Assembly: GCA_964016885.1 (NCBI GenBank)
Contig: OZ024744.1
Location: forward strand, 132,432,001-132,496,000
DNA from: Eledone cirrhosa
Taxonomy: Eukaryota
DNA length: 64,000 nucleotides
Direction of reading: 5' to 3'
Shown here: piece after piece, positions 1 through 12,176 of the stretch
How the letters are laid out: every line of letters starts with the position of its first letter
How positions within the stretch are numbered: position 1 is the first letter of the stretch
Made by a program: the position numbers and the translations under genes
Notes under the pieces: generated by a model
Seen by the model: the letters and a program-made list of their open reading frames with translations, nothing else
What the model was told of the DNA's origin: nothing
Database searches by the model: none

Positions 1-3000
1 TTGGGGTTAAGTTAAATTGGGGTTAAGTTAAGTTGGGGTTAATTTAAGTTGGGATTAAGTTCAGTTGGGGTTAAATTAAGTTGGGGTTAAGTTAAGCTGG
101 GGTTAAATTAAGTTGGGGTTAAGTTAAGTTGGGGTTAAGTTAAGTTGGGGTTAAGTTAAGCTAGGGTTAATTTAAGTTGGGGTTATGTTAAGTTGGGGTT
201 AAGTTAAGTTGGGGTTAAGTCGAGTTGGGGTTAAGTTAAGTTGGGGTTAGTTAAGTTGAGTTTAAGTTAAGTTGGGGTTAATTTAAGTTGGGGTTAAGTT
301 AAGTTGGGGTTCAGTTAAGTTGGGGTTAAGTTAAGTTGGGGTTAAGTTAAGTTGGTTTAAGTTAAGTTGGGGTTAGGTTAAGTTGGGGATAAGTTAAGTT
401 GGGGATAAGCTAAGTTGGGGTTAAGTTAAGTTGGGTTTAAGTTAAGTTGGGGTTAAGTTAAGTTAGGCTTAACTTAAGTTGGGGTTAAGTTAAGTTGGGG
501 GTAAATTAAGTTGGGGGTAAGTTAAGTTGGGGTTAAGTTAAGTTGGGGTTAAGTTAAGTGGTGGTTATGTTAAGTTGGGGTTAAGTTAAGTTGGGGTTAA
601 ATTAAGTTGGGGTTAAGTTATGTTGGGTGTAAGTTAAGTTGGGGTTGAGTGAAGTTGGGGTTAAGTTAAGTTGGGGTTAAGTTAAGTTAGGGTTAATTTA
701 AGTTGGGGTTATGTTAAGTTGGGGTTAAGTTAAGTTGGGGTTAAGTAGAGTTGGGGTTAAGTTAAGTTGGGGTTAAGTTAAGTTGGTGTTAAGTTGGGGT
801 TAAGTTAAGTTGGGGTTAAGTTAAGTCGGGGTTAAGTTAAGTTGGGGTTGAGTTAAGTTGGGGTTAATTTAAGTTGAGGTTATGTTAAGTTGGGGTTAAT
901 TTAAGTTGGGGTTAATTTAAGTTGGGGTTAAGTTAAGTTGGGGTTAAGTTGAGGTTAAGTTAAGTTGTGGTTAAGTTAAGTTGGGGCTAATTTAAGTTGG
1001 GGCTAAGTTAAGTTGGGGCTAAGTTAAGTTGGGGTTAATTTAAGTTGGGGTTAAGTTAAGTTGGGTTTAATTTAAGTTGGGGTCAACTTAAGTTGGGGTT
1101 AATTTGAGTTGGGGTTAAATTAAGTTGGGGTTAATTTAAGTTGGGGCTAAGTTAAGTTGGGGCTGAGTTAAGTTGGGGTTAAGTTAAGTTGGGGTTAAGT
1201 TAAGTTGGGGTTAAGTTAATTTTGGGTTAAGTTAAGTTGTGGTTCAGTTAAGTTGGGGTTAAGTTAAGTTTGGGTTAATTTGGGTTTAAATTAAGTTGGG
1301 GTTAAGTTAAGTTGGGGTTAAGTTAAGTTGGGGTTAAGTTAAGTTGGGGTTAATTTAAGTTGGGGTTAAGTTAAGTCGGGGTTAAGTTAAGTCGGTGTTA
1401 AGTTAAGTTAGGGTTAAGTTAAGTTGGGGTTAAGTTAAGTTGGCTTTAAGTTAAGCTGGGGTTAAGTTAAGTTGGGGTTAAATTAAGTTTTGGTTAAGTT
1501 AAGTTGGGGTTAGGTTAAGTTTGGGTTAGGTTATATGGGGTTAAATTAAGTTGGGGTTAAGTTAAGTTGGGGTTAAGTTAAGTTGGGGTTAGGTTAAGTT
1601 GGGGATAAGTTAAGTTGGGGATAATTTAAGTTGGGGTTAAGTTAAGTTGGGTTTAAGTTAAGCTGGGGTTAAGTTAAGTTGGGGTTAAATTAAGTTGGGG
1701 TTAAGTTAAGTTGGGGTTAAGTTAAGTTTGGGTTAGGTTAAGTTGGGGATTAGTTAAGTTGGGGATAAGTTAAGTTGGGGTTAAGTTAAGTTGGGTTTAA
1801 GTTAAGTTGTGGTTAAGTTAAGTTGGGGTTAAGTTAAGTTGGGGGTTAAGTTAAGTTGGGGTTAGTTAAGTTTAGTTTAAGTTAAGTTGGGGTTAATTTA
1901 AGTTGGGGTTAAGTTAAGTTGGGGTTCAGTTAAGTTGGGGATAAGTCAAGTTGGGGTTAAGTTAAGTTGGGGTTAAGTTAAGTTGGGGTTAGGTTAAGTT
2001 GGGGATAAGTTAAGTTGGGGATAAGCTAAGTTGGGGTTAAGTTAAGTTGGGTTTAAGTTAAGTTGGGGTTAAGTTAAGTTGGGGTTAAATTAAGTTGGAG
2101 ATAAGTTAAGCTGGGGTTAAATTAAGTTGGGGTTAAGTTAAGTTGGGGTTAGGTTAAGTTGGGGTTAACCCCAACTTAACTTAACCCCAACTTAACTTAG
2201 CCCCAACTTCACTCAACCCCAACTTAACTTAACCCCAACTTAAGTTAACCCCAACTTAACTTAACCCTAACTTAACTTAACCCCGACTTAACTTAACCCC
2301 GACTTAACTTAACCCCAACTTAACTTAACCCCAACTTAACTTAACCCCAACTTAACTTAATCCCAACTTGACTTAACCCCAACTTAACTCACACCCAACT
2401 TAACTTACTCCCAACTTAACTTAACCCCAAAATCGGAGTTACGTTAAGTTGGGGTTAAGTTAAGTTAGGCTTAACTTAAGTTGGGCTTAAGTTAAGTTGG
2501 GGGTAAGTTAAGTTGGGGGTAAGTTAAGTTGGGGTTAATTTAAGTTGGGGTTAAGTTAAGTGGTGGTTATGTTAAGTTGGGGTTAAGTTAAGTTGGGGTT
2601 AAATTAAGTTGGGGTTAAGTTAAGTTGGGTGTAAGTTAAGTTGGGGTTGAGTGAAGTTGGGGTTAAGTTAAGTTGGGGTTAAGTAGAGTTGGGGTTAAGT
2701 TAATTGGGGTTAAGTTAAGTTGGTGTTAAGTTGGGGTTAAGTTAAGTTGGGGTTAAGTTGGGGTTAAGTTAAGTGGTGGTTATGTTAAGTTGGGGTTAAC
2801 TTAAGTTGGGGTTAATTTAAATTGGGGTTAAGTTAACTTTGTGGTTAAGTTAAGTTGGGGTTAAGTTAAGTTGGGGTTAAGTTAAGTTGGGGTTGAGGGA
2901 AGTTGGGGTTAAGTTAAGTTGGGGTTAACTTAAGTTGGGTTTAAGTTAAGTTGCGGTTAAGTTAAGTTGGGGTTAAGTTAAGTTGGGGTTAAGTTAAGTC

Positions 3001-6000
3001 GGGGTTAAGTTAAGTTGGGGTTGAGTTAAGTTGGGGTTAATTTAAGTTGAGGTTATGTTAAGTTGGGGTTAATTTAAGTTGGGGTTAAGTTAAGTTGGGG
3101 TTAAGTTAAGTTGGGGTTAATTTAAGTTGGGGTTAAGTTCAGTTGGGGTTAATTTAAGTTGGGGTTAAGTTAAGTTGGGTTTAAGTTAAGTTGGGGTTAA
3201 ATTAAGTTGGGGTTAAATTAAGTTGGGGTTAAGTTAAGTTGGGGTTAGGTTAAGTTGGGGATAAGTTAAGTTGGGGATAAGCTAAGTTGGGGTTAAGTTA
3301 AGTTGGGTTTAAGTTAAGTTGGGGTTAAGTTAAGTCGGGGTTATGTTAAGTCGGTGTTAAGTTAAGTTAGGGTTAAGTTAAGTTGGGGTTAAGTTAAGTT
3401 GGGGTTGAGTTAAGTTGGGGTTGAGTTAAATTGGGGTTGAGTTAATTTGGGGTTAAGTTAAGTTGGGGTTAAGTTAAGTTGGGGTTGAGTTAAGTTGGGG
3501 TTACCTCAAGTTGGGGCTAAGTTAAGTTGGGGCTGAGTTAAGTTGGGTGTACGTTAAGTTGGGGTTGACTGAAGTTGGGGTTAAGTTAAGTTGGGGTTAA
3601 GTTAAGTTAGGGTTAATTTAAGTTGGGGTTATGTTAAGTTGGGGTTAAGTTAAGTTGGGGTTAAGTAGAGTTGGGGTTAATTTAAGTTGGGGTTAAGTTA
3701 AGTTGGTGTTAAGTTGGGGTTAATTTAAGTGGTGGTTATGTTAAGTTGGGGTTAAGTTAAGTTGGGGTTAATTTAAATTGGGGTTAAGTTAACTTTGTGG
3801 TTAAGTTAAGTTGGAGTTAAGTTAAGTTGGAGTTAAGTTAAGTTGGGGTTGAGTGAAGTTGGGGTTAAGTTAAGTTGGGGTTAACTTAAGTTGGGTTTGA
3901 GTTAAGTTGGGGTTAAGTTAAGTTGGGGTTGACTTAAGTTGGGCTTAAGTTAAGTTGGGGTTAAGTTAAGATGTGGTTAAGTTAAGTTGGGGTTAAGTTA
4001 AATTGGGGTTAAATTAAGTTGGGGTTAAGTTAAGTTGGGGGTAAGGTAAGTTGGTGGTAAGTTAAGTTGGGGGTAATTTAAGATGGGGCTAAGTTAAGTT
4101 GGGGTTAAGTTAATTTGGGGTTAAGTTAAGTTTGGGTTAAGTTAAGTTGGGGTTGACTTAAGTTGGGGTTAAGTTAAGTTGGGGTTATGTTAAGTTGGGT
4201 TTAAGTTAAGTTGGGGTTAAGTTAAGTTGGGGTTAAGTTAAGTTGCGGTTAAGTTAAGTTGGGGTTAAGTTAAGTTGGGGTTAAGTTAAGTTGGGGTTAA
4301 GTTAAGTTGGGGTTAAGTTAAGTTGGGGTTAATTTAAGTTGGGGTTAAATTAAGTTGGGGTTAATTTAAGTTGGGGGTTAAGATAAGTTGGGGTTAAGTT
4401 AAGTTGGGGTTAAATTAAGTTGGGGTTAAGTTAAGTTGGGGTTAATTTAAGTTGGGGTTAAGTTAAGTTGGGGTTGAGTTAAGTTGGGGGTAAGTTAAGT
4501 TAGGGGTAAGTTAAGTTGGGTGTAAGTTAAGATGGGGTTAAGTTAAGTTGGGGTTAAGTTATTTTGGGGTTAAGTTAAGTTGGGGGTAAGTTAAGTTGGT
4601 GATAAGTTAAGTTGGGGGTAAGTTAAGTTGGGGTTAAGTTAAGTTGGGTTAAGTTGGGGTTAAGTTAAGTTAGGGTTAAGTTAAGTTGGGGTTGAGTTAA
4701 GTTGGGGTTAAGTTAAGAGGTGGTTATGTTCAGTTGGGGTTAAGTTAAGTTGGGGTTAAGTTAAGTTGGGGTTAATTTCAGTTGGGGTTAAGATAAGTTG
4801 GGGTTAAGTTAAGTTGGGGTTGAGTTAAGTTGGGGTTGAGTTAATTTGGGGTTAAGTTAAGTTGGGGTTAACTTAATTTGGGTTTAATTTAAGTTGGGGT
4901 TAAGTTAAGTTGGGGTTAAATTAAGTTGGGATTAAGTTAAGTTGGGTGTACGTTAAGTTGGGGTTGACTGAAGTTGGGGTTAAGTTAAGTTGGGGTTAAG
5001 TAGAGTTGGGGTTAATTTAAGTTGGGGTTAAGTTAAGTTGGTGTTAAGTTGGGGTTAAGTTAAGTTGGGGTTAAGTTGGGGTTAAGTTAAGTGGTGGTTA
5101 TGTTAAGTTGGGGTTAAGTTAAGTTGGGGTTAATTTAAATTGGGGTTAAGTTAACTTTGTGGTTAAGTTAAGTTGGAGTTAAGTTAAGTTGGGGTTAAGT
5201 TAAGTTGGGGTTGAGTGAAGTTGGGGTTAATTTAAGTTGGGGTTCAGTTAAGTTGGGGTTAAGTTAAGTTGGGGTTGAGTTAAGTTGGGGTTAATTTAAG
5301 TTGAGGTTATTTTAAGTTGGGGTTAAGTTAAGTTGGGGTTAAGTTAAGTTGGGGTTAAGTTAAGTTGGGGTTAAGTTAAGTTGGGGTTAAGTTAAGTTGG
5401 GTTTAAGTTAAGTTGGGGTTAAATTAAGTTGGGGTTAAATTAAAGTGGGGTTAAGTTAAGTTGGGGGTAAGTTAAGTTGGGGGCAAGTTAAGTTGGTGTT
5501 AAGTTAAGTTGGGGTTAAGTTAAGTTGGGGTTAAGTTAAGTTGGGTTTAAGTTAAGTTGGGACTAAGTTAAGTTAGGGCTAAGTTCAGTTGGGGTAAAGT
5601 TAAGTTGGGGCTAAGTTAAGTTGGGTATAAGTTGAGTTGGGGTTAAGTTAAGTTGGGGTTAAGTTAAGTTGGGGTTAAATTAAGTTGGGGTTAATTAAGT
5701 TGGGGTTAAGTTAAGTTGGGGTTAAGTTAAGTTGGGGTTAATTTAAGTTGGGGTTGTGTTAATTTGGGGTTAAGTTAAGTTGGGGTTATATTAAGTTGGG
5801 GTTAAGTTAACTTGGGTTTAAGTTAAGTTGGGGTTAAGTTAAGTTGGGGTTAAGTTGAGTTAGGGTTAATTTAAGTTGGGGTTATGTTAAGTTGGGGTTA
5901 AGTTAAGTTGGGGTTAAGTAGAGTTGGGGTTAATTTAAGTTGGGGTTAAGTTAAGTTGGTGTTAAGTTGGGGTTAAGTTAAGTTGGGGTTAAGTTGGGGT

Positions 6001-7270
6001 TAAGTTGAGTGGTGGTTATGTTAAGTTGGGGTTAAGTTAAGTTGGGGTTAATTTAAATTGGGGTTAAGTTAACTTTGTGGTTAAGTTAAGTTGGAGTTAA
6101 GTTAAGTTGGGGTTAAGTTAAGTTGGGGTTGAGTTAAGTTGGGGTTAAATTAAGTTGGGGTTAAATTAAGGTGGGGTTAAGTTAAGTTGGGGGTAAGTTA
6201 AGTTGGGGGCAAGTTAAGTTGGTGTTAAGTTAAGTTGGGGTTAAGTTAAGTTGGGGTTAAGTTAAGTTGGGTTTAAGTTAAGTTGGGACTAAGTTAAGTT
6301 AGGGCTAAGTTAAGTTGGGGTTAATTAAGTTGGGGCTAAGTTAAGTTGGGTCTAAGTTGAGTTGGGGTTAAGTTAAGTTGGGGTTAAGTTAAGTTGGGGT
6401 TAAATTAAGTTGGGGTTAATTAAGTTGGGGTTAAGTTAAGTTGGGGTTAAGTTAAGTTGGGGTTAATTTAAGTTGGGGGTAAGTTAAGTTGGTGGTAAGT
6501 TAAGTTGGGGTTAAGTTAAGTTGGGGTTAATTTAAATTGGGGTTAATTTAACTTTGTGGTTAAGTTAAGTTGGGGTTTATTTAAGTTGGGTTTAAGTTAA
6601 GTTGGGGTTGAGTTAAGTTGGGGTTGAGTGAAGTTGGGGTTAAGTTAAGTCGGGGTTAATTTAAGTTGGGGTTGAGTTAAGTCGGGGTTAATTCAAGTTG
6701 GGGCTAAGTTAATTTGTGGTTAAGTTAAGTTGGGGTTAAGTTAAGTTGGGGTTAAGTTAAGTTGGGGGTAAGTTAAGTTGGGGGCAAGTTAAGTTGGGGT
6801 TAAGTTAAGTTGCGGTTAATTTAAGTTGGGGTTAAGTTAAGTTGGGTTTAAGTTAAGTTGGGGTTCAGTTAAGTTGGGGTTTAGTTAAGTTGGGGTTAAG
6901 TTAAGTTGGGGTTGAGTTAAGTTGGGGTTTAATTAAGTTGGGGTTGAGTTAAGTTGGGGTTTAGTTAAGTGGGGGTTGAGTTAAGTTGGGGTTAAGCTAA
7001 GTTGGGGTTAAGTTAAATTGAGGTTAAGTTAACTTGGGTTTGAGTTAAGTTGGGGTTAAGTTAAGTTGGTGTTAAGTTCAGTTCAGGTTAAGTTAACTTG
7101 GGGTTAAGTTAAGTTGGGGTTGAGTTAAGTTGGGGTTGAGTTAAGTTGGGGTTAAGTTAAGTTGGGGTTAACTTAAGTTGGGGTTAAGTTAAGTTGGGGT
7201 TAATTTAAGTTGGGGTTCAGTTAAATTGAGGTTAAGATAACTTGGGTTTGCGTTAAGATGGGGTTAAGTT
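1..7270 (+). repeat. Satellite A block 1 (16-bp TTAAGTTAAGTTGGGG tandem array, open at window start)
   Basis: Continuous tandem 16-mer with scattered point variants and occasional 11-mer (TTAAGTTGGGG) units. The + strand is nearly devoid of C. Ends at ...gatggggttaagtt|aggtttgtcgaaaacc. Confidence 0.97.
2167..2430 (-). repeat. Inverted satellite A cassette (C-rich on + strand)
   Basis: Starts at the palindrome GGGGTT|AACCCC (2161-2172), reads (AACCCCAACTTAACTT)n and ends at ccccaa-aatcggag, where G-strand repeats resume. Confidence 0.93.
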
Positions 7271-8069
7271 AGGTTTGTCGAAAACCTTATATAATCATTT
7301 TTATTTAGGTTCTTCGAAACACCTTATATAATCAATTTTTTTAGGTTTTTCGAAAAACCTTATATAATCAATTTTTTAATACTTTTAGAAATATTTATAT
7401 CTGATTTCAAATATTGATTTTATTAGGTTTTTGGAATAATCAATTTTTTTTACGTTTTTCGAAAAATGTTATATAATCAATTTTTTTTAGGTTTTTCGAA
7501 TCAATTCAATTTTTATAATCAAATATTTTTAGGTTTTTAGAAAAACCTTATATAATCAAATTTTTTTAGGTTTTTCGAAAAACCTTATATAATTAATTTT
7601 TTTATACTTTTAGAAATATTTATATCTGATTTCAAATATTGGATTTTTTAGGTTTTTCGATAATCAATTTTTTTTAGATTTTTCGAAAAATCTTATATAA
7701 TCAATTTTTTTACGTTTTTAGAAAGACCTTATATAATCAATTTTTTTATACTTTTAGAAATATTTATATCTGATTTCAAATATTGATTTTTTTTTTAGGT
7801 TTTTCGAAATACCTTATATAATCAATTTTTTTTAGGTTTTTCAAATTACTTTATATAATCAATTTTTTTTATCTGATTTCAAATATTGATTTTTTTAGCT
7901 TTTTCGACAAAATCTTATATAATCAATTTTTTTTAGGTTTTTCGAAAAAGAATGAATTTGAGTTCATAGTCGAAATATATACTTCTGCATTAATCTTTTT
8001 ACGTTTTTTTGATTTTTTTTAAAAAAACGTAAAAAATTAATGCTTTTACAAATCTTTTGAAATATTCAC

Positions 8070-8121
8070 AATCTGCAAAATTTGAAACTAGAAAGTGTTC
8101 TAGTTTCAAATTTTGCAGATT
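8070..8121. repeat. Perfect 24-bp inverted repeat with 4-nt loop (further copies at 9742-9793 and 58359-58410)
   Basis: AATCTGCAAAATTTGAAACTAGAA-agtg-TTCTAGTTTCAAATTTTGCAGATT; the arms are exact reverse complements. Confidence 0.92.
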
Positions 8122-10945
8122 AAATTTTTCTCGAAAAACCTAAAAAATCAGTTGTCGAAATCAGAAGTTAATATTTCGTAAAACGCAATTTGAAAAACTC
8201 ATTAATTTTTTTTCGAAAACTTATTATATAATCAATTTTTTTATACTTTTAGAAATATTTATATCTGATTTCAAATATTGATTTTTTTAGGTTTTTCGAA
8301 AACCCTATATAATCAATTTTTTTGTACTTTTAGAAATATCTATATCTGATTTCATGTATTGATTTTTTTATATTTTTCGAAAAAGCTTAGATAATCAATT
8401 TTTTTAGGTCTTTCGAAAACATTATATAATCAATTTTTTTTTAGGTTTTTCGAAAAAACCTTATATAATCAATTTTTTTTAGGTTTTTCAAATATTGATT
8501 TTTTTAGCTTTTTCGACAAAATCTTATATAATCAATTTTTTTTAGGTTTTTCGAAAAAGAATGAATTTGAGTTCATAGTCGAAATATATACTTCTGCATT
8601 AATCTTTTTACGTTTTTTTGATTTTTTTAAAAAAACGTAAAAAATTAATGCTTTTACAAATCTTTTGAAATATTTACTTTCTAGTTTCAAATTTTGCAGA
8701 TTAAATTTTTCTCGAAAAACCTAAAAAATCAGTTGTCGAAATCAGAAGTTAATATTTCGAAAAACGCAATTTGAAAAACTCATATTAATTTTTTTTCGAA
8801 AACATTATATAATCAATTTTTTAGAAATATTTATATCTGATTTCAAATATTGATTTTTTTAGGTTTTTCGAAAACCCTATATAATCAATTTTTTTGTACT
8901 TTTAGAAATATCTATATCTGATTTCATGTATTGATTTTTTTATATTTTTCGAAAAATCTTATATAATCAATTTTTTTACGTTTTTAGAAAAACCTTATAT
9001 AATCAATTTTTTTTAGGTTTTTCGAAAAACCTTATATAATCAATTTTTTAATACTTTTAGAAATATTTATATCTGATTTCAAATATTGATTTTATTAGGT
9101 TTTTGGAATAATCAATTTTTTTTACGTTTTTCGAAAAATGTTATATAATCAATTTTTTTTAGGTTTTTCGAATCAATTCAATTTTTATAATCAAATATTT
9201 TTAGGTTTTTAGAAAAACCTTATATAATCAAATTTTTTTAGGTTTTTCGAAAAACCTTATATAATTAATTTTTTTATACTTTTAGAAATATTTATATCTG
9301 ATTTCAAATATTGGATTTTTTAGGTTTTTCGATAATCAATTTTTTTTAGATTTTTCGAAAAATCTTATATAATCAATTTTTTTACGTTTTTAGAAAGACC
9401 TTATATAATCAATTTTTTTATACTTTTAGAAATATTTATATCTGATTTCAAATATTGATTTTTTTTTTAGGTTTTTCGAAATACCTTATATAATCAATTT
9501 TTTTTAGGTTTTTCAAATTACTTTATATAATCAATTTTTTTTATCTGATTTCAAATATTGATTTTTTTAGCTTTTTCGACAAAATCTTATATAATCAATT
9601 TTTTTTAGGTTTTTCGAAAAAGAATGAATTTGAGTTCATAGTCGAAATATATACTTCTGCATTAATCTTTTTACGTTTTTTTGATTTTTTTTAAAAAAAC
9701 GTAAAAAATTAATGCTTTTACAAATCTTTTGAAATATTCACAATCTGCAAAATTTGAAACTAGAAAGTGTTCTAGTTTCAAATTTTGCAGATTAAATTTT
9801 TCTCGAAAAACCTAAAAAATCAGTTGTCGAAATCAGAAGTTAATATTTCGTAAAACGCAATTTGAAAAACTCATTAATTTTTTTTCGAAAACTTATTATA
9901 TAATCAATTTTTTTATACTTTTAGAAATATTTATATCTGATTTCAAATATTGATTTTTTTAGGTTTTTCGAAAACCCTATATAATCAATTTTTTTGTACT
10001 TTTAGAAATATCTATATCTGATTTCATGTATTGATTTTTTTATATTTTTCGAAAAAGCTTAGATAATCAATTTTTTTAGGTCTTTCGAAAACATTATATA
10101 ATCAATTTTTTTTTAGGTTTTTCGAAAAAACCTTATATAATCAATTTTTTTTAGGTTTTTCAAATATTGATTTTTTTAGCTTTTTCGACAAAATCTTATA
10201 TAATCAATTTTTTTTAGGTTTTTCGAAAAAGAATGAATTTGAGTTCATAGTCGAAATATATACTTCTGCATTAATCTTTTTACGTTTTTTTGATTTTTTT
10301 AAAAAAACGTAAAAAATTAATGCTTTTACAAATCTTTTGAAATATTTACTTTCTAGTTTCAAATTTTGCAGATTAAATTTTTCTCGAAAAACCTAAAAAA
10401 TCAGTTGTCGAAATCAGAAGTTAATATTTCGAAAAACGCAATTTGAAAAACTCATATTAATTTTTTTTCGAAAACATTATATAATCAATTTTTTAGAAAT
10501 ATTTATATCTGATTTCAAATATTAATCAATATTTTTAGGTTTTTCGAAAACCCTATATAATCAATTTTTTTGTACTTTTAGAAATATCTATATCTGATTT
10601 CATGTATTGATTTTTTTATATTTTTCGAAAAAGCTTAGATAATCAATTTTTTTAGATCTTTCGAAAACATTATATAATCAATTTTTTTTTAGGTTTTTCG
10701 AAAAAACCTTATATAATCAATTATTTTTAGGTTTTTTCGAAAAATCTTATATAATCAATTTTTTTACGTTTTTAGAAAAACCTTATATAATCAATTTTTT
10801 TTAGATTTTTCAAAAAACCTTATATAATCAATTTTTTTTGTTTTTTTGAAAAATCTTATATAATCAATTTTTTTACGTTTTTAGAAATATTTATATCTGA
10901 TTTCAAATATTGATTTTTTTTAGGTTTTTCGAATTACCTTATATA

Positions 10946-11009
10946 ATCAATTTTTTTTAGGTTTTTCAAATTACCATAAGGTAATTTGAAAAACCTAAAA
11001 AAAATTGAT
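10946..11009. repeat. Perfect 30-bp inverted repeat with 4-nt loop (further copies at 15334-15397, 17524-17587 and 60884-60947)
   Basis: ATCAATTTTTTTTAGGTTTTTCAAATTACC-ataa-GGTAATTTGAAAAACCTAAAAAAAATTGAT. Confidence 0.92.
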
Positions 11010-12176
11010 CTGATTTCAAACATTGATTTTTTTTAGCTTTTTCGACAAAATCTTATATAATCAATTTTCTTTAGGTTTTTCGAAAAAGAATGAATTTGAG
11101 TTCATAGTCGAAATATATACTTCTGCATTAATCTTTTTACGTTTTTTTGAAAAAATTAATGCTTTTACAAATCTTTTGAAATATTTACTTTCTAGTTTCA
11201 AATTTTGCAGATTAAATTTTTCTCGAAAAACCTAAAAAATCAGTTGTCGAAATCAGAAGTTAATATTTCGTAAAACGCAATTTGAAAAACTCATTAATTT
11301 TTTTTCGAAAACTTATTATATAATCAATTTTTTTATACTTTTAGAAATATTTATATCTGATTTCAAATATTGATTTTTTTAGGTTTTTCGAAAACCCTAT
11401 ATAATCAATTTTTTTGTACTTTTAGAAATATCTATATCTGATTTCATGTATTGATTTTTTTATATTTTTCGAAAAAGCTTAGATAATCAATTTTTTTAGG
11501 TCTTTCGAAAACATTATATAATCAATTTTTTTTTAGGTTTTTCGAAAAAACCTTATATAATCAATTTTTTTTAGGTTTTTCAAATATTGATTTTTTTAGC
11601 TTTTTCGACAAAATCTTATATAATCAATTTTTTTTAGGTTTTTCGAAAAAGAATGAATTTGAGTTCATAGTCGAAATATATACTTCTGCATTAATCTTTT
11701 TACGTTTTTTTGATTTTTTTAAAAAAACGTAAAAAATTAATGCTTTTACAAATCTTTTGAAATATTTACTTTCTAGTTTCAAATTTTGCAGATTAAATTT
11801 TTCTCGAAAAACCTAAAAAATCAGTTGTCGAAATCAGAAGTTAATATTTCGAAAAACGCAATTTGAAAAACTCATATTAATTTTTTTTCGAAAACATTAT
11901 ATAATCAATTTTTTAGAAATATTTATATCTGATTTCAAATATTGATTTTTTTAGGTTTTTCGAAAACCCTATATAATCAATTTTTTTGTACTTTTAGAAA
12001 TATCTATATCTGATTTCATGTATTGATTTTTTTATATTTTTCGAAAAATCTTATATAATCAATTTTTTTACGTTTTTAGAAAAACCTTATATAATCAATT
12101 TTTTTTAGGTTTTTCGAAAAACCTTATATAATCAATTTTTTTATGTTTTTTCGAAAAATCTTATATAATCAATTTT

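Noticed and set aside
460-475. Canonical telomere tracts (TTAGGC, TTAGGG, TTAGG) as taxon evidence
   Set aside because: They occur only as isolated single variants of the 16-mer and never in tandem.
10946-11030. Rho-independent terminators and TATAAT promoter boxes
   Set aside because: Hairpins, T-runs and TATAAT are intrinsic to the AT-rich repeat, with no genes to regulate and no prokaryotic context.
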